Shown: positions 59,905-64,000 of the stretch, in pieces
Layout: the number at the start of each line of letters is the position of its first letter
Position numbering within the stretch: the first letter of the stretch is position 1
Notes under the pieces: model-generated
What the model saw: only the letters and a program-made list of their open reading frames with translations
Told to the model about the DNA's origin: nothing
Database searches by the model: none
Program-made: the position numbers and the translations under genes
Assembly (NCBI GenBank): GCA_965261115.1
Contig: OZ253447.1
Span: forward strand, 2,887,625 to 2,951,624
Direction: 5' to 3'
From: Candidatus Poribacteria bacterium
GTDB lineage: Bacteria; Poribacteria; WGA-4E; WGA-3G
Length of the DNA stretch: 64,000 bases

Positions 59905-60640
59905 AAAATGGATGTTTGAAAATTGATCTCTTTGCTCCAGCGGAGCAATATGTCTATAGAATATTCATGCCCAACCGGCTGCACTCCAGCGGAGTGCTAT
60001 GTCAATTGCACGAAAATATGGATACATCACGTATCTGGCGTGAGGAGAATCGCCGAATATTGAAAATGGATATTGGAAATCAATCTCTTTGCTCCAGCGG
60101 AGCAATATGTCTATAGAATATTCATGCCCAACCGGCTGCACTCCAGCGGAGTGCTATGTCAATTGCACGAAAATATGGATACATCACGTATCTGGCGTGA
60201 GGAGAATCGCCGAATATTGAAAATGGATATTGGAAATCAATCTCTTTGCTCCAGCGGAGCAATATGTCTATAGAATATTCATGCCCAACCGGCTGCACTC
60301 CAGCGGAGTGCTATGTCAATTGCACGAAAATATGGATACATCACGTATCTGGCGTGAGGAGAATCGCCGAATATTGAAAATGGATATTGGAAATCAATCT
60401 CTTTGCTCCAGCGGAGCAATATGTCTATAGAATATTCATGCCCAACCGGCTGCACTCCAGCGGAGTGCTATGTCAATTGCACGAAAATATGGATACATCA
60501 CGTATCTGGCGTGAGGAGAATCGCCGAATATTGAAAATGGATATTGGAAATCAATCTCTTTGCTCCAGCGGAGCAATATGTCTATAGAAAGCGGATTGCC
60601 AACGGGCTGCACTCCAGCGGAGTGCTATGTACCTAAACTT
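59905..60640. repeat. Tandem array of about 4.4 copies of a 157-bp unit. Each unit carries three hairpin modules (TTGCTCCAGCGGAGCAA, GCACTCCAGCGGAGTGC, CACGTATCTGGCGTG) flanked by (TCTATAGACATA/TATGTCTATAGA)-type arms.
   Basis: Four identical 66-aa phantom ORFs at a 157-nt offset reveal perfect tandem copies. A final hairpin GCACTCCAGCGGAGTGC at 60618-60634 lies about 90 bp upstream of tnpA. Confidence 0.8.
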
Positions 60641-60642
60641 TT

Positions 60643-60672
60643 TTGACACACAATAGGCGATGCAGATATAAT
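60643..60672 (+). promoter_or_regulatory. Consensus sigma70 promoter TTGACA-18-TATAAT driving the tnpA operon.
   Basis: Perfect -35 and -10 hexamers read directly. Confidence 0.6.
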
Positions 60673-60725
60673 ATGCGGAACTTACCGCGATAAATATAAC
60701 AAACCTTGGAGATCTATAAAAACCT

Positions 60726-61205
60726 ATGGCAGATACTTATACCCAACTCTATGTGCATATTGTGTTTTCTGTGAAAGGTAGACACGCGCTTATCCCCAAA
60801 GAGCACAAGTCGGAGCTCCACAAATACATCACCGGCATCATCACCAACAAAGAACAAAAATTGATTCAAATCAATTCAATGCCAGATCATATCCATATCT
60901 TAATCGGGATGACACCGAATGTCACGTTGTCTGGTTTAGTGAAAGACATCAAAGTAAATTCGACGCGCTTTATCAATCAGAAGCGTTGGACAGTGGGACA
61001 ATTTTCGTGGCAAACAGGTTACGGGGCGTTCAGTTATTCACATTCTCAGATCCCCAAGATCGCTACATATATTGAAAATCAGGAGATCCATCATTCGGAA
61101 CAGACATTCCGAGATGAGTATCTTGCGTTTTTGGAGCATTATGAGGTTACGTATGATTTGAAGTATGTTTTTGACTCGGTCGTAGATACCGCTTCTGAGG
61201 AATAA
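60726..61205 (+). CDS. tnpA: IS200/IS605-family Y1 HUH transposase (TnpA). Possibly REP-associated (RAYT-like) or domesticated.
   Basis: LYVHIVFSVKGRH (like IS200 HIVFAPKYRR). HUH motif DHIHILIGMTPNVTLSGLVKDIKVNSTRF. Catalytic Tyr in WQTGYGAFS. 159 aa. No tnpB adjacent. Confidence 0.8.
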   Translation: MADTYTQLYVHIVFSVKGRHALIPKEHKSELHKYITGIITNKEQKLIQINSMPDHIHILIGMTPNVTLSGLVKDIKVNSTRFINQKRWTVGQFSWQTGYGAFSYSHSQIPKIATYIENQEIHHSEQTFRDEYLAFLEHYEVTYDLKYVFDSVVDTASEE

Positions 61206-61240
61206 CCTACAGCACACGATTTTTTGTGGAGGGCTAAGCA

Positions 61241-62029
61241 ATGTCAATAAAATCTATAGAACAAGACTTTATTGATAAAGTCTCGGCAAAAGTTCGGGTT
61301 TTACCTGATGGCAGAGACCGTTTTCGCGTGTTTACCCCTTTCCGGTTTGACGACGGTGACCACATAGTTATTGTTCTGAAAAAAGAACACGCAGGTTGGG
61401 TGCTCTCGGACGAAGGGCATACCTATATGCACCTCACCTATGATATAAGCGAAAAGAAATTATTTAGCGGGACGCGCCATCAAATTATTTCAAATGCCCT
61501 GTCTACGTTTAAAGTTGAAGATCGTTTTGGAGAATTAATTTTTAAGGTTCAAGAGACGCGTTTTGGTGACGCGTTATACGCCTTTGCCCAAGCACTTGTG
61601 AAGATGGGTGACGTGTTATGCTTGTCAAAAGAACAGACACAATCGACATTTATGACAGATTTTGAAGCACTGTTCCATGAAGTTGTTCCTGAAGCGGACA
61701 GGACCTTCGGTTGGTACGATCCAGAGCGAGATCAAGCGAAAAAATATACAGTTGATTGTCGAATCAATGGAATGCCTGAACCGTTTTTTGTATACGCCCT
61801 TGCCAATAACGATAGAATCCGAGATGCTACAATCAAAGTACAAAAAGTGATACAATGGGGCATTCCATTTCGTCCTTTGGGAATTTTCCAAGATAGAGAA
61901 GCTGCCAATGGTCAGGTGGTTGCTCGTTTTGATGATGTATGTCCTGTGCAATTTTCCAATCTTGAAGTAAATCGGCAAGAAATCGTAGATTATCTTGGTG
62001 AGAATATTCAAGGAGTACTTAGGCAATAG
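61241..62029 (+). CDS. Hypothetical protein (262 aa) in an operon with tnpA and the ATPase.
   Basis: 35-bp gap after tnpA with GGAGGG RBS. No recognisable motifs. Confidence 0.45.
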   Translation: MSIKSIEQDFIDKVSAKVRVLPDGRDRFRVFTPFRFDDGDHIVIVLKKEHAGWVLSDEGHTYMHLTYDISEKKLFSGTRHQIISNALSTFKVEDRFGELIFKVQETRFGDALYAFAQALVKMGDVLCLSKEQTQSTFMTDFEALFHEVVPEADRTFGWYDPERDQAKKYTVDCRINGMPEPFFVYALANNDRIRDATIKVQKVIQWGIPFRPLGIFQDREAANGQVVARFDDVCPVQFSNLEVNRQEIVDYLGENIQGVLRQ

Positions 62030-62058
62030 TAAGGTTAAGAAACTGGAGGTAGCCATTC

Positions 62059-63618
62059 ATGCTTGAAAGACGCTTAGAAGGACTCTGGAGAGACTTGCAA
62101 GGCAAAAAACCACACCTGCCGCATTTCCTATCGGAAATCCGCTTAGACGGTATCCGTGGATTTAATAATCTACGGGTCGTATTCGACTATCCAGTGAGCG
62201 TCATCGCAGGGGGGAATACCACTGGTAAATCAACCGTGCTTTTTGCTGCGGCATGCGCCTATAAAGTGCCGAAAGCAGGTGTTAGGGATTATGTGCCATC
62301 CACACTGTTTCCTGACTACCGTCCAAAACTCGAAGGACGGGAGGATGTGCGCCAAGAGGTTACAATAGAGTTCAATTACCTGACGCTTGACGGACCGCTT
62401 TCTATGCGTTGGCGACGCGGTAAAGGTTGGAATCGCAGTTTCTTGGGCCGTAAAAATGCCAGTCAGCCGGAGCGACAACTCTACCTTAGAACACTAAGCA
62501 ATCTGAGCAACCCATCTGAAGTTCGCAGTGTTCTTAATATGTCACGCTTGAAATCTCAACCGGAAGAAACACCGCTGACAGCCGCACAGATTGAGTTTGC
62601 ACATCAGATGCTTCCCTTTAGGTATTCGGAGGTGGTCGATCTATCCGACGGCAAAAAGAATCTTCTCTTTGCATCACAAGAAGGCGGTGCTGCTTACTCT
62701 GAATTACACATGGCTGCAGGGGAACGCGCGATCCTTCGGCTGTCACAAGAAATCACACAACTTAATGGAGCACTCGTTCTAATTGATGAAGTAGAAGCAG
62801 GACTACATCCTTGGGTACAGCAACTCCTTATGTTGCATTTACAGCAATTAGCACTCCGTAACGATCTGCAGATTATTGTAACATCTCACAGTCCAGTCGT
62901 TCTCGACTCCGTTCCACTCAACGGCAGGATTTTTCTTGACCGAGACGACGCGTCAGGCGAGGTTGTTGTGCGCCCAGCATATCGTGACTTAATTCAGAAC
63001 GCGCTCTATGGACGTTCCAATGAAGCACTCAAACTGCTCTGTGAAGACGAGATTGCCGAAAGTATTTTGGAAGGTGTCCTTGATTACCTGCTGCCCCAAG
63101 AGAGAATCAAGTGGGAATCGGTTCATATTGGTCGCGACACGGGCGCGGACGAGTTCCCGATGCACGCCCGTTCTTTATCAAAATTCGGTCAACTTCAAGA
63201 TACCGTCTTCATTCTTGATGGGGACCAACGCGGTGGTGAAATAGAAGGTAAAATACAGGAAGCGGCGGGGCCCGCTGTCAACATCTCAATACTGTTCCTT
63301 CCTGGCAGAGAGTCCCCGGAAAGTTGGATGTGGGACAGGATAAAAGATATCCGTTCTGACGTAGTAATTGAACAGCTGGGTATTGAACGTTCAGTTCTAA
63401 CAAATGTAATGAGCCAGTTAGATGCAACGTATAACTTGGCATCCGAGTCACTTTCAGATATTGCAAAAAACAAATTCCATAGTTTATCCGATGAGTTGCG
63501 CAGGGACACAACAGAGATATGCCGGATTGTCGCACGTCTTGAATCAGATAATAGAGATAGTGATATTCAACCCCTCGTGAGTGATTTGCGAGGTATTTTC
63601 AGGCAGTGGCGTGGGTAA
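62059..63618 (+). CDS. OLD-family-like ABC-type ATPase with a C-terminal TOPRIM-like region (possible class-1 OLD nuclease / PARIS-AriA-like).
   Basis: Walker A GGNTTGKST. Walker B/D-loop LVLIDEVEAGLHP. H-loop TSHSP. C-terminal acidic cluster LLCEDEIAESILEG followed about 85 aa later by FILDGDQRGGE, which parallels the TOPRIM E...DxD arrangement. Confidence 0.55.
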   Translation: MLERRLEGLWRDLQGKKPHLPHFLSEIRLDGIRGFNNLRVVFDYPVSVIAGGNTTGKSTVLFAAACAYKVPKAGVRDYVPSTLFPDYRPKLEGREDVRQEVTIEFNYLTLDGPLSMRWRRGKGWNRSFLGRKNASQPERQLYLRTLSNLSNPSEVRSVLNMSRLKSQPEETPLTAAQIEFAHQMLPFRYSEVVDLSDGKKNLLFASQEGGAAYSELHMAAGERAILRLSQEITQLNGALVLIDEVEAGLHPWVQQLLMLHLQQLALRNDLQIIVTSHSPVVLDSVPLNGRIFLDRDDASGEVVVRPAYRDLIQNALYGRSNEALKLLCEDEIAESILEGVLDYLLPQERIKWESVHIGRDTGADEFPMHARSLSKFGQLQDTVFILDGDQRGGEIEGKIQEAAGPAVNISILFLPGRESPESWMWDRIKDIRSDVVIEQLGIERSVLTNVMSQLDATYNLASESLSDIAKNKFHSLSDELRRDTTEICRIVARLESDNRDSDIQPLVSDLRGIFRQWRG

Positions 63619-63645
63619 ATCATAAGGAATTAACACAGAATAATT

Positions 63646-64000
63646 ATGAGCACCATCCGTATTTTCATCAGCAGTGTACAAAGAGAATTCGCACAAGAAC
63701 GCGAGGCACTATGCAACTATCTGCGCGGCGATCCGTTGATGCGACGGTTCTTTGATGTATTCCTGTTTGAGGATGTACCAGCATCAGATCGTCGTCCGGA
63801 TTCGCTGTATCTGGACGAAGTTGATCAGTCCGATATCTACGTAGGATTGTTCGGAGACGACTACGGATCGGAGGACACAGACGGCATATCACCGACAGAA
63901 CGGGAGTTTGATCAGGCAACCGCCTCCGGTGTCCATCGCCTGATTTTCGTGAAAGGTGCAAACGACGACAAGCGGCACCCGAAGATGCAGGCACTCATCC
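63646..64000 (+). CDS. DUF4062-domain protein, N-terminal part only (runs off the window).
   Basis: Manual translation: MSTIRIFISSVQREFAQEREALCNYLRGDPLMRRFFDVFLFEDVPASD... open to the window end. RBS AAGGAA. 27-bp gap after the ATPase gene. Confidence 0.55.
   Translation, partial: MSTIRIFISSVQREFAQEREALCNYLRGDPLMRRFFDVFLFEDVPASDRRPDSLYLDEVDQSDIYVGLFGDDYGSEDTDGISPTEREFDQATASGVHRLIFVKGANDDKRHPKMQALI

Noticed and set aside
59916-60587. Four identical 66-aa ORFs (MKIDLFAPAEQYVYRIF...).
   Set aside because: An artefact of a perfect 157-bp tandem repeat (not a multiple of 3, so each copy is read from the same phase only by coincidence of the 201-nt ORF length). No RBS. Sequence is hairpin-rich.
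59905-60640. Possible CRISPR array (regular short palindromic repeats with about 30-bp intervening segments).
   Set aside because: The intervening segments are themselves repeated identically every 157 bp. No unique spacers and no cas genes. Better explained as a tandem satellite of REP-like hairpin modules.
1-64000. tRNA, rRNA, tmRNA or riboswitches in intergenic regions.
   Set aside because: No cloverleaf-compatible segment with a TpsiC-like GTTCGAATC arm, and no rRNA-like conserved stretch recognised. The leaders inspected (mtnA, ilvB, TPP-enzyme paralog) lack obvious SAM/TPP riboswitch cores. A covariance-model scan would be needed to exclude these formally.

Overview
This 64 kb window is a bacterial contig of about 50% GC that looks like a metagenome assembly. 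A type IX secretion (T9SS) sorting tail on one protease hints at the FCB (Fibrobacterota-Chlorobiota-Bacteroidota) superphylum, but that placement is unconfirmed. Housekeeping genes present: ilvB-ilvN-ilvC, mtnA, recJ, a RelA/SpoT (p)ppGpp enzyme, rpmB, and a second acetolactate-synthase-like TPP (thiamine pyrophosphate) enzyme. They are interleaved with many secreted or envelope proteins and two ECF sigma modules. The secreted proteins include an FG-GAP protein, a LamG lectin, an S8 protease with a T9SS C-terminal tail, and three tandem LamG+LolA-like paralogs. One ECF sigma is fused to a transmembrane BNR sensor and the other is paired with a DUF4097 anti-sigma. Mobile and selfish DNA is abundant. 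There are two non-autonomous IS605-type TnpB copies with intact RuvC motifs that share a conserved, promoter-bearing left end. One TnpB insertion truncated an ECF-sigma paralog. At least three families of short dispersed MITE/REP-like palindromic repeats occupy intergenic regions. One orphan HicB antitoxin is present. The 3' end carries a type I R-M methylase/specificity pair (hsdM-hsdS, no hsdR in the window). Downstream of it lie an array of short hairpin modules and a 157-bp tandem array. A consensus sigma70 promoter then drives a tight four-gene operon: an IS200-like Y1 HUH transposase, a 262-aa unknown protein, an OLD-like ABC-ATPase with a TOPRIM-like C-terminus, and a DUF4062 protein (the last runs off the window). 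I consider this operon the best candidate for an undescribed defense-like system. Other notable items are a cold-shock-domain/Hfq-like fusion with a roughly 340-nt leader, and the ECF-sigma-fusion plus secreted-paralog cluster. I found no rRNA, tRNA or CRISPR. No HMM, BLAST or RNA-folding tool was run. Every product call rests on motif recognition by eye.
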